From IMG/VR virus record IMGVR_UViG_3300034175_000017, positions 17,357 to 81,356 of that record: DNA of 64,000 nucleotides; one strand, given 5' to 3'. Each line of letters opens with the position of its first letter. Position 1 is the first letter of the stretch. The notes below the pieces were generated by a model, which worked only from the letters and a program-made list of their open reading frames with translations, made no database searches and had not been told where the DNA came from. Of this stretch, positions 26,657 through 36,160 are shown in pieces. A program made the translations under genes and the position numbers. The DNA is from a virus.

Positions 26657-26927
26657 CCCTGTCGCAGCCTCGCTGCGTTTGCCTATTAACAGACCCAAGG
26701 TCGTGAAAGACAAGCGGCGTAAGGTATTAAATCTGATACACAAAAAAGAGGGGGCTTTCGCCCCCTCTTCCTTTATCTGCGGAACGACTGTGTATCTCCG
26801 AAGCGTCGGATCATTTCTCCTGACGCTCCCTTGGTCGGTCGGTCGTCAACAAGATTGCCGGTCTCGTTCGCGTCCGCGAGGATGCCGAGGCAGGCCCGCG
26901 CATGACCGACATGATGCACGCCGCTGA
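26637..26927 (+). CDS. Small basic ArfA-like peptide; ORF crosses a terminator
   Basis: RBS GGAGAGG then ATG 26637; MPKVKRNPVAASLRLPINRPKVVKDKRRK; no stop before hairpin at 26746-26769. Confidence 0.55.
   Translation: MPKVKRNPVAASLRLPINRPKVVKDKRRKVLNLIHKKEGAFAPSSFICGTTVYLRSVGSFLLTLPWSVGRQQDCRSRSRPRGCRGRPAHDRHDARR
26742..26774. terminator. Probably bidirectional intrinsic terminator between convergent arms
   Basis: aaaaaa-gagggggc-tttc-gccccctc-ttccttt. Confidence 0.8.
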
Positions 26928-27453
26928 TAGGATCGAAGTCCTCACCATCAAGAAGCTGATAAAGATGCCGAATGGCAGCCGCGATATAAACCCGGTAGAG
27001 AACGGGGTTGTCACGCCAGTTGTATGGGCCATACTTCTTCGCTCCGTCCATCATTGCCTGCGACTCATAGAGTAGCGCGGCACCGGGGATAAGCGACAGG
27101 TCTGGCTTCGTCAATCCGATCAGGTCCTTGGGGTTCACGCCGGTTGTCAGCGGCTCCGTCGAGTTGTCAGCTTCACCAGCATAGGTGAAATCACCAATCA
27201 CGTTGGGACCAACGCCGTTGTCAATCGCAAGAGTGACATCGTGCGAGTATGCCTCAATCTCTTCGGCAGGGATCGGCTCTGGCATGTGCGAGATACCGAC
27301 AGCCTGCAAGGCGGCGAGAGGATCGAACGGCTGCTCGTCGCTGATGACTTCCGTCAGTTCCAAATCGGGCAACTGAACAGGAGCCTTACCGGCTGCTTCC
27401 AGATCGTCGGCCTCGGCTTCGCTGCCGAGGTGCATGTATTGGGAATCGCTCAT
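26773..27453 (-). CDS. dATP/dGTP diphosphohydrolase-domain (DUF5664) protein with acidic N-terminal extension
   Basis: [37 protein letters not shown]; start ATGA-coupled to thyA stop. Confidence 0.8.
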   Translation of the reverse strand: MSDSQYMHLGSEAEADDLEAAGKAPVQLPDLELTEVISDEQPFDPLAALQAVGISHMPEPIPAEEIEAYSHDVTLAIDNGVGPNVIGDFTYAGEADNSTEPLTTGVNPKDLIGLTKPDLSLIPGAALLYESQAMMDGAKKYGPYNWRDNPVLYRVYIAAAIRHLYQLLDGEDFDPISGVHHVGHARACLGILADANETGNLVDDRPTKGASGEMIRRFGDTQSFRR

Positions 27454-28451
27454 ACTGAAACTTCCGCTTTGATTGAGGGGAGGGGGCTGTAGTTGAAGAG
27501 TTGAATATCTTCCGAGTTCAGGTCGAAGATGTCCTTGTCGCCAACAACCTTGAGTGACGGAAAGGGTGTTGGGTTTCGTGACAACTGTTCCTTCGCCTGC
27601 TCGACGTGGTTGGCATACAGGTGAAGATCGCCAAAGGTGTGGATGAACTCGCCCACACCCAAGCCAACTTCGCGGGCAATCAAGTGCGTCAACAGCGCGT
27701 AGGATGCGAGGTTGAAGGGCACGCCAAGAAAGATGTCGGCGGATCGTTGATACAACTGACATGAGAGCTTTCCATCCTTGACGTAGAACTGGAACAGGGC
27801 GTGGCAGGGACGCAAGCGCATGCTGTCAATGTCAGCCACGTTCCATGCGCTGACGATATGGCCGCGATCATTTGGCTTCTCGATCAAGCTCTTGATGACG
27901 TTGGAGATTTGGTCGATCACAAGAGGCTTCTGGATAGACCAATCCATACCCATGAACTCGGTCTCTCCGCGCTCTACGGTCGTTCGATTGGTTTCCCAAG
28001 CCCGCCACTGTTTACCATACACAGGGCCAAGCTCGCAGTTCTCGTCGCACCACTCGTCCCAAATGTGAACGCCCTTCTCTTGCAGAGGCAAGGCGCTGGT
28101 GCTGCCTGACAGCATCCACAACAGTTCCTCTACGACGCCACGAAAGAACACCTTCTTCGTGGTCAGCAGAGGAAACTCGTCCTCAATGTCGAACCGCATC
28201 TGCCGTCCGAACGTCGAGAAGGTGCCAGTGCCTGTGCGATCTTCGCGTGGCGTAGGGTCTTCCTCATGCAGATCGACTAGCTCTTGGAGCAGGCCGAGAT
28301 ACTGTAGCTCGCCGTGGTAGGGGCGATTGCCGTTGCGTAGCTGCGAAGCGTCCACCTGAATGACAGACGACCCGGCAACAGGCTGGAACACGCCGCCGTT
28401 GGGGTCAACGATGGCCGGTCCACCCGACATGATTAGAGGATGCTTTTTCAT
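27450..28451 (-). CDS. thyA: Thymidylate synthase
   Basis: [45 protein letters not shown]. Confidence 0.97.
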   Translation of the reverse strand: MKKHPLIMSGGPAIVDPNGGVFQPVAGSSVIQVDASQLRNGNRPYHGELQYLGLLQELVDLHEEDPTPREDRTGTGTFSTFGRQMRFDIEDEFPLLTTKKVFFRGVVEELLWMLSGSTSALPLQEKGVHIWDEWCDENCELGPVYGKQWRAWETNRTTVERGETEFMGMDWSIQKPLVIDQISNVIKSLIEKPNDRGHIVSAWNVADIDSMRLRPCHALFQFYVKDGKLSCQLYQRSADIFLGVPFNLASYALLTHLIAREVGLGVGEFIHTFGDLHLYANHVEQAKEQLSRNPTPFPSLKVVGDKDIFDLNSEDIQLFNYSPLPSIKAEVSV

Positions 28452-28837
28452 TACGCGACCTCTGGCAGGAAGTAACCCGGCATTGGATCAGGACGACCCT
28501 TGCGCGGGATTGAATAGAGGATCAGGGTGCCGCCGTCACGACCAGTGGCCATGATGTGCGTGCCTGCCTCATAGTCTGCGCGTGCCTTGATAATGGCGGG
28601 GTTGTCATTGTCCCAACCTAGCAGCGTGGCAGAACGACGAGCAACAGTGTGCTTCCGAATGTCAGGGCGACCAAGGCCACCATAACGCTCTTCGGCTGTG
28701 ACGACGCGCTCTTGCTGGCTGTTGATGACCGAGAACACTTCGTCAACGCTGACACCTACGGAGGTGGCAGTCTTGAAAGGGGAGCGGGTCTGCTTGTAAC
28801 GCACAAGTATGTCCGCGATGACTTCGGGGGTAAGCAT
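28451..28837 (-). CDS. Hypothetical protein with N-terminal HTH-like segment
   Basis: RBS AGGAGA; [16 protein letters not shown]. Confidence 0.6.
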   Translation of the reverse strand: MLTPEVIADILVRYKQTRSPFKTATSVGVSVDEVFSVINSQQERVVTAEERYGGLGRPDIRKHTVARRSATLLGWDNDNPAIIKARADYEAGTHIMATGRDGGTLILYSIPRKGRPDPMPGYFLPEVA

Positions 28838-28904
28838 TTCTAAATCTCCTGTGATACAGCCAGATACAACTAAGCTCTGCTACTGCAAAACGAATATCAG
28901 GCTA

Positions 28905-30665
28905 TTACTCAGTATTACCTAAGTCGATCACATGATCGGCTGCTGCCACGCCGCGATGCGTGACGAGGATGACTTGCTTGAGGTGGCCCTTGTCGAGCAG
29001 CGCAGCCATTGCTTCGGCCACTGCTTCACGTCGGCTCTCGTCAGCAAAAGCATCCATTTCATCCCCAAGAAACACAGGGAAGGTCTCAACGACGAGCACC
29101 TGCCCAAGCGCAAGACGAAGGGCGATGTTGGCGACGGTCTCGTTGCCGCCAGATAGGGTCTCGATACTTTGACCGTTGACCGTTATCTCCATGTCGTCGT
29201 CAACAATTACTTCGGAATACTTTCCGTTGGTCATATCGTTTAGGAGACGCGAAGCGACTCGACTAAGAGACGGAGCAAGGAGCGCCTTGAGCGTGGCCCT
29301 TGCATCTGCAAGGCTAGTTGCTCCTTCTCGGAATGCGTCAGCAAGTCGCAGGGCTTCCGCGATTTCTGCCGAGGTTTTTTCGTATCGGTCTTGCTGCACT
29401 TGGTAATCATTGAGTAGCCTTTCATAGTAGCGAGCGTCAAACAGCCGTGTCTTGAGAGCGTCCAAATCTGCTGCGGTGGGCACGTCACCCATGAGAGCAA
29501 GGTCACGCTTGGCGTTGGCGTTGATTACACGCTGACCTTCGGCACGCTTGGTTAAGGCATCAAAGCCGTTCCACTGTGCGATCAGGTTATTCACTGAGTG
29601 CAGTTCTTCGTTCACGTCTTGTGTCTTAGGCAATGCCGCCAGTTCTGCGCGAGCCTTGTTGGAGTCCTCGATCAACCGCATCATCTGACCGTGACGACGT
29701 ATCTCTTCTCGCGTCAGGTCAGGACCATCAGGCATAGTGACATGACCAACCCCCGGCACGAAGTTGTCGCCGCAGGTGGGGCAGGTGACAGCATTCTCAG
29801 CAAGGGCATGATAGGCTAGACGCTCGACAGCTTTCTCAAGCTGCTCTGGCGTATATTCGTTCTCAGTCTGCTCAACGATCTGTGCTTGGAGAGCTTTTCG
29901 TTGAGCCTCGACGCGCTTGTGCTTGTCCTGTCGGGCTATCAAAACCTCACGTTCACCGTCCTTCGGGCGCACACCATCGGGCTTAGGGATTTCTTTCTCG
30001 GGTCGAATAAGCTCGCGTAGTTTTTGTGCCAGCTTGTAGCGATCTTCATCCTGCGCGTATTCCAGCCCAAGGTCGCTGCTGGTTTCATAGTCGTCGGGCT
30101 TGACCGGCTTCTCGGGCACGAAAAGCTGTCGCGTCAGCGCCTCGGCCTCGCGCTTGTAGGTCGCAGCCTCGTTCTTCACAGCCTTCTCAACCTGCTCGTT
30201 GCTGGTAAGGCCCACGACTTCATCGACCATGCGCTTGCGCTCGGCTGGTCGCATGGCTCCGAAGATGTCAGCCTTCTTCTGCACGCTGGCATTGCACACG
30301 TCGAACACGGACAGGCCGTAGCCCATCAGTTCGATGATCTTCTTGTTGACAGCATCAGCACCAACGGCCAGCACCTCTCCGGTGGTGTCCGTAATGGTTT
30401 CCTTCTTGCTAGAGCGTGCGATTGTGTAGTCAGCACCCTTGATGTTGACAACGCCTGACGCATCAAGCTTCTTGTAATCTGACGCTGGCCCTCGTAGGGC
30501 GGCTTTCCCGTAAAGCAGGAAGCGGGACATCTCGATGGAGCCGAAGGTCTTGCCAACTCCATTGGGTCCGATGACGGCGGTGAGGCCCGGTTGTGGTTCA
30601 AACTTCCCTTCCAAGGCAACTTGGTTTATAGGGAAGGCAACCGAGTAGGTGATATTTTTCAGCAT
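28905..30665 (-). CDS. sbcC: SbcC/Rad50-like ATPase
   Basis: GPNGVGKT, CPTCG zinc hook, LSGG signature, DEMD Walker B, VTH. Confidence 0.9.
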   Translation of the reverse strand: MLKNITYSVAFPINQVALEGKFEPQPGLTAVIGPNGVGKTFGSIEMSRFLLYGKAALRGPASDYKKLDASGVVNIKGADYTIARSSKKETITDTTGEVLAVGADAVNKKIIELMGYGLSVFDVCNASVQKKADIFGAMRPAERKRMVDEVVGLTSNEQVEKAVKNEAATYKREAEALTRQLFVPEKPVKPDDYETSSDLGLEYAQDEDRYKLAQKLRELIRPEKEIPKPDGVRPKDGEREVLIARQDKHKRVEAQRKALQAQIVEQTENEYTPEQLEKAVERLAYHALAENAVTCPTCGDNFVPGVGHVTMPDGPDLTREEIRRHGQMMRLIEDSNKARAELAALPKTQDVNEELHSVNNLIAQWNGFDALTKRAEGQRVINANAKRDLALMGDVPTAADLDALKTRLFDARYYERLLNDYQVQQDRYEKTSAEIAEALRLADAFREGATSLADARATLKALLAPSLSRVASRLLNDMTNGKYSEVIVDDDMEITVNGQSIETLSGGNETVANIALRLALGQVLVVETFPVFLGDEMDAFADESRREAVAEAMAALLDKGHLKQVILVTHRGVAAADHVIDLGNTE

Positions 30666-30694
30666 GAGATTTCCATAGCAACCACTTCCTATCA

Positions 30695-30741
30695 TTGATA
30701 TGTTTTTTTCTTCTATTACTAAGTATAATACATAAAAGAAA
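30695..30741 (+). promoter_or_regulatory. AT-rich conserved intergenic motif (candidate promoter) upstream of endolysin
   Basis: TTGATA..T-tract..CTATTACTAAGTATAAT; related copies near 247-273 and 49911-49958. Confidence 0.5.
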
Positions 30742-30751
30742 GCCTTATAAA

Positions 30752-31366
30752 ATGAACCTCCCCGTATTTTATGACCGACTCCGCAAAGGGAAACTGCTTG
30801 GGCCGGTGTTGGATGCGGACGAGTTCGAGGGGACCAGCGAGATTGTCAACGCAGCATTGGTGCGGGGTGTTGGCCTAGCACAATTGGCTTACATGCTGGC
30901 GACGACCTACCATGAGACCAACGGCACCATGCAGCCGATCAAGGAACTCGGTGGACACGGCTATCTCACTCGTATGTATGACCCTCGCGGCACGCGCCCC
31001 ACGTTGGCGAAGCGCAACGGAAACATTTATCCCGGCGACGGAATCAAGTATGCTGGTCGCGGTTTTGTGCAGTTGACGTGGCGCGGGAACTACGCTCGCG
31101 TCGGTGCGCTGTTGAAGATTGACCTTGTGAACAACCCCGACCTTGCTATGACGCTGCCGGTCGCCGCTCGTATTCTCGTTGAGGGGATGATGGCCGGATG
31201 GTTTACGGGCGTGTCGCTGACGAAGCGACTGCCTGCCAAAGGTAAGGCTACTCGCGCACAGTTCGTGCTTGCACGTCCTATCATCAACGGAACGGACAAA
31301 GCCGACAAGATCGCTGGCTATGCCATGATCTTCCAAGAGGACTTAATTGTAGCGGGGATGTCATGA
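30752..31366 (+). CDS. Endolysin, glycoside hydrolase family 19
   Basis: AYMLATTYHET, YAGRGFVQLTWRGNY, ARPIING. Confidence 0.92.
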   Translation: MNLPVFYDRLRKGKLLGPVLDADEFEGTSEIVNAALVRGVGLAQLAYMLATTYHETNGTMQPIKELGGHGYLTRMYDPRGTRPTLAKRNGNIYPGDGIKYAGRGFVQLTWRGNYARVGALLKIDLVNNPDLAMTLPVAARILVEGMMAGWFTGVSLTKRLPAKGKATRAQFVLARPIINGTDKADKIAGYAMIFQEDLIVAGMS

Positions 31367-31545
31367 CACCACTCGAATGGCTGCTGATACTATCCATCGG
31401 TAAACTGGTGGTTGGCTCGCTGCTTACCCTAGTCCTTTGGGAGAGCTTGCAAAAGTTCAAAAAGTCAATATTGACAATCGTCACAATCTTAACGGTTGCT
31501 AATATCTTTTGTATCTACATCCTCATTGAGATTTTGTTTCCATGA
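31363..31545 (+). CDS. Small 2-TM membrane protein (holin/antiholin candidate)
   Basis: Two hydrophobic helices, ATGA-coupled on both sides, AT-rich. Confidence 0.55.
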   Translation: MTPLEWLLILSIGKLVVGSLLTLVLWESLQKFKKSILTIVTILTVANIFCIYILIEILFP

Positions 31546-31937
31546 TTTCGCCACCTGCCACACTCAAGAGCCGCTACGGATGGACGCTTGTTGCGTTTGC
31601 TCTGGCTGCATTCACTGTCGCCGCCTTCGTGGGCTGGCAACTCTATGAGACTGCGCCGCGTGCGTGGTGCGCTCTTGCGGAAGCTACGTCTCCTGAGAAC
31701 ACGAACGCGTGTCTCGCTGTTCTGCTCAAGCTCATTGACATGAAGGACCATGCGCTCATTGGTCTCATGTCCATCCTCGGCATCACTGTGGTCAGCATCC
31801 TTGCTGTCGCCTTGGGCCTTCGCATTTCTGCGGCTGGCCCCGGTGCCACCTCAATCAACGTTGGTGCCAGCGACACTACCGTTCAGAATGAAGACGTTTC
31901 GCTGACTGTCCCCACCCCTCCCTCAGAGTCCAAATAA
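31542..31937 (+). CDS. Holin-like 2-TM protein
   Basis: Two TM segments within the lysis cassette. Confidence 0.6.
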   Translation: MISPPATLKSRYGWTLVAFALAAFTVAAFVGWQLYETAPRAWCALAEATSPENTNACLAVLLKLIDMKDHALIGLMSILGITVVSILAVALGLRISAAGPGATSINVGASDTTVQNEDVSLTVPTPPSESK

Positions 31938-31938
31938 A

Positions 31939-32382
31939 ATGGCATTGTCTATCAAATCCATCCTCGGCGGCTCACTCTGGAAAGCCGCTACCATCGTTGC
32001 CTTTCTCGCTTCGCTCGTTGTCGGCTACTTCCTGATTCAATCAGGGTTCGAGAACAAGCAGATCACCAAGGAGCGCGACCGTCTTGCATTGACGATCACC
32101 GATCCCAAGACCGGCTACATCGCACGGCTCACACAGGCTAATGCGAACGTGGTGATCTTGCAGAAGGCTATCGAGACGCAGAACATCGCGTTTACGAAGC
32201 AGTCTGAGGCGTCGAAGGTTGAACTACGACGCTTGACAAAGGAACTCGCCTTGGCCCAAGCAAAGTCGCGTGAGGCTGAACGTCGCCTAGCGGAGTTCAT
32301 GTCACGGAAACCACAGGGTGCTACCTTGCAGGACCGGATCACCGACATTGATAACCGAGTTCTGAAAGACCTGAAACGATGA
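31939..32382 (+). CDS. i-spanin (Rz-like)
   Basis: N-terminal TM plus long coiled coil. Confidence 0.8.
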   Translation: MALSIKSILGGSLWKAATIVAFLASLVVGYFLIQSGFENKQITKERDRLALTITDPKTGYIARLTQANANVVILQKAIETQNIAFTKQSEASKVELRRLTKELALAQAKSREAERRLAEFMSRKPQGATLQDRITDIDNRVLKDLKR

Positions 32383-32669
32383 AAGCCGCCTTCCTTCTAC
32401 CTCTATTGCTGTTGTCAGCCTGTGCTACCAAGCAGGCAGCAGTGCCAGAGCCGATCATCAAGACGGTAACAGTCAACGTGCCGGTGTCGCAAGCGTGCGT
32501 CCCGAAGACGATGACAGCACCGCCAACCTACGTTGATACTGACGAGGCTTTGCTTGCAGCTAAGGATGCAGCAGAGCGTTATCAGCTTGTCTACGCTGGT
32601 CGCATGCAGCGCGTAGCGCGGCTAGGCGAAGTAGAACCAGTGATCGCGTCATGCCCGAAGGAAAAGTAA
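32379..32669 (+). CDS. o-spanin (Rz1-like lipoprotein)
   Basis: Lipobox LLSAC, Pro-rich, extra Cys residues. Confidence 0.85.
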   Translation: MKAAFLLPLLLLSACATKQAAVPEPIIKTVTVNVPVSQACVPKTMTAPPTYVDTDEALLAAKDAAERYQLVYAGRMQRVARLGEVEPVIASCPKEK

Positions 32670-33059
32670 GTGCCCGAAACCGAGGATTACCGGGAGTTGC
32701 GTGATAAGGTCGCCTCGCTTGAGCTTGCTACTGCCGAGAACCGGCATGCCCTCGCTAACAGCCGTCAGATTCTTGACGTAAAGCTGGACAAGATCACTGG
32801 CGACATCACCGACTTGAAGAATGCCCTAAAGTGGGCCGGTGGTCTCATCATATCTTTGATGCTGTCGTTCATGGCGTGGGCTGCACTTCAGCAGTATAAC
32901 GCCAACGAGTCGCAGAAGAAGGATTTGCAAGAGCAAGTCTCGCTCCTCAAGACGCAAGATCAAGCGGCCAAGGAGCGAGACATGATACTCAAACAGATTC
33001 AGGCACAGCAGGGTGGGTCAATAGTTCGTATTGACCCTGATCCTACGCCACGCCAGTAG
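32670..33059 (+). CDS. Coiled-coil membrane protein closing the lysis cassette
   Basis: Coiled coil - TM (WAGGLIISLMLSFMAW) - coiled coil. Confidence 0.6.
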   Translation: MPETEDYRELRDKVASLELATAENRHALANSRQILDVKLDKITGDITDLKNALKWAGGLIISLMLSFMAWAALQQYNANESQKKDLQEQVSLLKTQDQAAKERDMILKQIQAQQGGSIVRIDPDPTPRQ

Positions 33060-33495
33060 AAGAGAAGCGGCCTTCGCCGCGCTCGGTCTCTTCTGTGTCA
33101 ATGAAATCGACTTCATCAATCTCGGCCCGTAGCACTGGCGCTGTAACAGCCTGCGCTACGCGGTCGCCACGCTTGATATAGAAATCTTCCAGACCCAAGT
33201 TGGTCAACAGCACCATGATTTCACCACGGTAGTCGCTGTCAACAGTCCCCGGCCCATTCGTAACGAAGATACCTTTCGAGGCCAGCCCGCCCCTTGAGCG
33301 TATCTGAATCTCGTAGCCTTCGGGGACCACCATTCGGATGCCGGTGGCGACGACCTTTGTCGCGCCTCTTGCGACCATCACGTCCTCTGCGGACGACAGG
33401 TCCATCCCCGCCGAACCCTCTGTTTGGTAACGTGGGAAGGGTAGGCCCGCCCCATGCGGCAGGACTTCCAGCTTCACTTTGATTGTGCTCTGCAT
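33043..33495 (-). CDS. dut: dUTPase (trimeric type)
   Basis: AGMDL, RGGLA, GTVDSDYRGE, GDRVAQ, RGEGRFSSTG. Confidence 0.95.
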   Translation of the reverse strand: MQSTIKVKLEVLPHGAGLPFPRYQTEGSAGMDLSSAEDVMVARGATKVVATGIRMVVPEGYEIQIRSRGGLASKGIFVTNGPGTVDSDYRGEIMVLLTNLGLEDFYIKRGDRVAQAVTAPVLRAEIDEVDFIDTEETERGEGRFSSTGVA

Positions 33496-33772
33496 AGGTA
33501 TTCTCCATCCATTCGATACCAGTGGTCACAGCCGATGCTAGTCTTTGTGGCGTGTGAACATCTAGCGATAGTTGATACGATGCCCCCTCAGGGGGGCGGT
33601 GACTGCTGATGCGGATTACCGCTCTGTTCCAATCACGCGGGAACAGGATGACGTAACGACTGTCAGATCGTGCAACCAACGAGGATTCAACCCTCGCTGG
33701 TATTCCCATCTGTCTCGCCTTGTCGAACAGCTTCAGGGCTACCGTCATGCTGTTCTGCGGTGGTGTCTTCAT
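33239..33772 (-). CDS. Hypothetical protein overlapping both sbcD and dut
   Basis: Fills the gap; SDSRY..IRISSH core; start uncertain. Confidence 0.5.
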   Translation of the reverse strand: MKTPPQNSMTVALKLFDKARQMGIPARVESSLVARSDSRYVILFPRDWNRAVIRISSHRPPEGASYQLSLDVHTPQRLASAVTTGIEWMENTYAEHNQSEAGSPAAWGGPTLPTLPNRGFGGDGPVVRRGRDGRKRRDKGRRHRHPNGGPRRLRDSDTLKGRAGLERYLRYEWAGDC

Positions 33773-34715
33773 AAGGCAGGCGCTCCTTAATGAAATCCCG
33801 AACCTTGGGATCGAGCTTAGCGATACGCTCGGACAAGATTTTATTCCAGTCAAAATCTGCAAGTGACGCAGTAACCTTTGTCGGTTGCTCATCGACCTTC
33901 ACCCTCTTTTGGGTGACTGCCAGCGCGTCTAGGTCAGGCAAATCCTCGCCGGGTTTCAGCAGGACGCGAACATGCTTGCCCTTAAAATCGTCAGCAGGGC
34001 GGCTACGCGCCTCGTCAGCCGTGATTGTCAGGTAGAGACGGCCCGCAGGGTCCTCACCGTGGCTGTAGGGCTGTAGCGAGCCTGTGCAGATGACTTCTCC
34101 ATACCTGCCGGGGACATGATAGTGGCCGCTCCACAGTGGCACGTCACCGAAGGCAGCGCGAAGCTCCTTGATGGGCACAAAGTGCTTGTCTTTCTCGGCG
34201 TCGAACAGGGTCAGGTCCCAATGCCCTACCACTGTAAGGATGCCGGTCTCACCTGCGAGGTCTGAAACTTGCTCGTCGGCTCTGCGGTCCCATTCCCAAG
34301 GAAAGAGGGCTACTGATTTGACGACCATTGGCCGACGAGCAATTAAGAGATTCTCATAACGACCTCCCAAGCGTTCTTCAAGGTCGTGGAAGGCCCCCAC
34401 AGCGGTTGTGTTGCGAGGCATGTCGTGGTTGCCAGCCATCATGACGTAAGTCACGTCAGGGTTATTAAGGGCTGCGCTTACTAAGGCTTGCTGTGTCTCT
34501 GTAACTACTGCGTAGCCTACATAAGGATGATCGAAGAGGTCTCCGACCATGATAATGAGGTCTGCGTCCACCTCAAGGCGGTCGCGGAAGTCTTGGAACT
34601 GGCTGGCCTCACGCTTTCCCCTGTTACGCAGCGACACACCCTGCTCGAACTTCTTGCCAAGGTGGGGGTCTCCGATCAGGTGAACGCGCAGGCCGTCAGG
34701 CAGCACGAAGTCCAT
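33687..34715 (-). CDS. sbcD: SbcD/Mre11-like nuclease
   Basis: GDPHLG, GDLFD, GNHD, SGHYH, GSL motifs. Confidence 0.88.
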   Translation of the reverse strand: MDFVLPDGLRVHLIGDPHLGKKFEQGVSLRNRGKREASQFQDFRDRLEVDADLIIMVGDLFDHPYVGYAVVTETQQALVSAALNNPDVTYVMMAGNHDMPRNTTAVGAFHDLEERLGGRYENLLIARRPMVVKSVALFPWEWDRRADEQVSDLAGETGILTVVGHWDLTLFDAEKDKHFVPIKELRAAFGDVPLWSGHYHVPGRYGEVICTGSLQPYSHGEDPAGRLYLTITADEARSRPADDFKGKHVRVLLKPGEDLPDLDALAVTQKRVKVDEQPTKVTASLADFDWNKILSERIAKLDPKVRDFIKERLPYEDTTAEQHDGSPEAVRQGETDGNTSEG

Positions 34716-34936
34716 TAGGCTTTCCGCTTCTTCGGCTTACCATGACGATCCAGCACGATCCAAGAGCGCGGACGGCTCTGTAGGTGAGGGATGGTGTTGA
34801 TGCAGTCCTGTAGGTTCTCGTAGGACTCGGTGGTCGCGTAGATTTTGCGCCCGTTCTTGCTGACATACCGCCAACGCCACTTGTCTTTCAGCAGACCCGA
34901 GGGGTAGACGTAGAACTGTCCTTGAATGTCATCCAT
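34715..34936 (-). CDS. DUF1508/YegP-like protein
   Basis: WRWRYVSKNGRKIYATTESY. Confidence 0.7.
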   Translation of the reverse strand: MDDIQGQFYVYPSGLLKDKWRWRYVSKNGRKIYATTESYENLQDCINTIPHLQSRPRSWIVLDRHGKPKKRKA

Positions 34937-35502
34937 TACAGCACCTCACTTGGAATGAAACGGGACTTGATGTGCATGAGCATATCAATCTGATACGCGC
35001 AGTCATGCAGACCATTGTGTGCGTCACCCTCGTTGACGACGCGGCCCTCCAAGTCAGGATGCTCCGGGTTGCCGATCAGACCAGCGGCGAAGCTGTTGAG
35101 GTCACGCGCATAGCGAAAGTGATACGGCATCTTCATATCCAAGGACTCCAAGGCGTCCGCAAGGAACGCAAAGTCGAAGGAGAGAGGCTTGCTCCAGAAG
35201 CGATAGCCGTTGGCAGGCGCACCATCAGTGGAGAACTTCACGAAGTCCTCATACACAGGACGTGCAGGCTCGGAGCGCATGATGATGCTCTCGTAGACCT
35301 TGCGGTTACGACCATTCCAGAACTCACGCGTGCTGTCGCTCCACCCTCGGAAGGGGAGCGGCATAGGACAGCGGTCGAACATGCCCCCTAGCTCGCCGGT
35401 CTCGTAGTTGAACTTGATAGCAGAAACTTGGATGATCCCTGACGTGTGGGGGTTGGTGCCCATCGTCTCAATATCAACCATCACGTCAGTCATATTTTCC
35501 AC
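34936..35502 (-). CDS. DEDDh 3'-5' exonuclease
   Basis: MVDIETMG, SFDFAFL, HNGLHDC. Confidence 0.85.
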   Translation of the reverse strand: MENMTDVMVDIETMGTNPHTSGIIQVSAIKFNYETGELGGMFDRCPMPLPFRGWSDSTREFWNGRNRKVYESIIMRSEPARPVYEDFVKFSTDGAPANGYRFWSKPLSFDFAFLADALESLDMKMPYHFRYARDLNSFAAGLIGNPEHPDLEGRVVNEGDAHNGLHDCAYQIDMLMHIKSRFIPSEVL

Positions 35503-35906
35503 GGCTGCAAATCCTTAAACTTAATGGATCGCTTACCGTCTTCGATGAGCGATGAATATTGAAGGCAAGACATAACAAACCATTGCCCTAATTCATAGGA
35601 GAAAATGTAGAATTGATAGCTGTGGGAGCCTCGCTTGGCCTCACGAATAGCAGCCTGATGCTGTCCGTCTTGTATCGCACCAAAGGGGAAGCTCACGCCT
35701 TTCAGCGTGGACTTCACCTCGGCATAGTGCAGCGGATCAACAGGTGACGAGACAAGGAAGTCAGAAGGCTTCTTGAAATCGCTGATGTTCTTGACGCCGG
35801 GGTTCAGGGCCATCAAGTCCTTGCGATCACGAAGACGCTGGACGTGCCCCTTGGCAGACCAGTGTCGTTCAAATGCCCTCTCGGCTTCCTTGCCGTCGTT
35901 TTTCAT
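35490..35906 (-). CDS. Holliday junction resolvase (RecU/PD-(D/E)xK type)
   Basis: GKEAE, PSDF, YAEVKST, HQ motifs. Confidence 0.75.
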   Translation of the reverse strand: MKNDGKEAERAFERHWSAKGHVQRLRDRKDLMALNPGVKNISDFKKPSDFLVSSPVDPLHYAEVKSTLKGVSFPFGAIQDGQHQAAIREAKRGSHSYQFYIFSYELGQWFVMSCLQYSSLIEDGKRSIKFKDLQPWKI

Positions 35907-36160
35907 GATCGGAAGTCGTCAGCAGTTTCAGGGACCGTCCGTGACGCTGCGATAGCTCCGCGAATATACAGGCCAAACGCCGTGCCGATCTGCATCATCA
36001 GCATGGCTTGACGGTCCTGCCGCTGCCACCATGCAAGGTTGAAGTCCCACAGGGCCACAGCCACAATCAGGTAGGGCACCACTAGGATCAGGAAAGCGAG
36101 GATCGCATAGCCGATCAGCCGTCCCGTCATTTCAGGGCTTATCTTCATGTAAACATCCAA
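35903..36160 (-). CDS. Small membrane protein
   Basis: Hydrophobic helices; fills gap after polymerase. Confidence 0.55.
   Translation of the reverse strand: MDVYMKISPEMTGRLIGYAILAFLILVVPYLIVAVALWDFNLAWWQRQDRQAMLMMQIGTAFGLYIRGAIAASRTVPETADDFRS

Noticed and set aside
27454-27762. N-terminal 100 aa of the 329-aa ORF call
   Set aside because: Lies inside thyA; the ATGA-coupled start at 27453 is more plausible.
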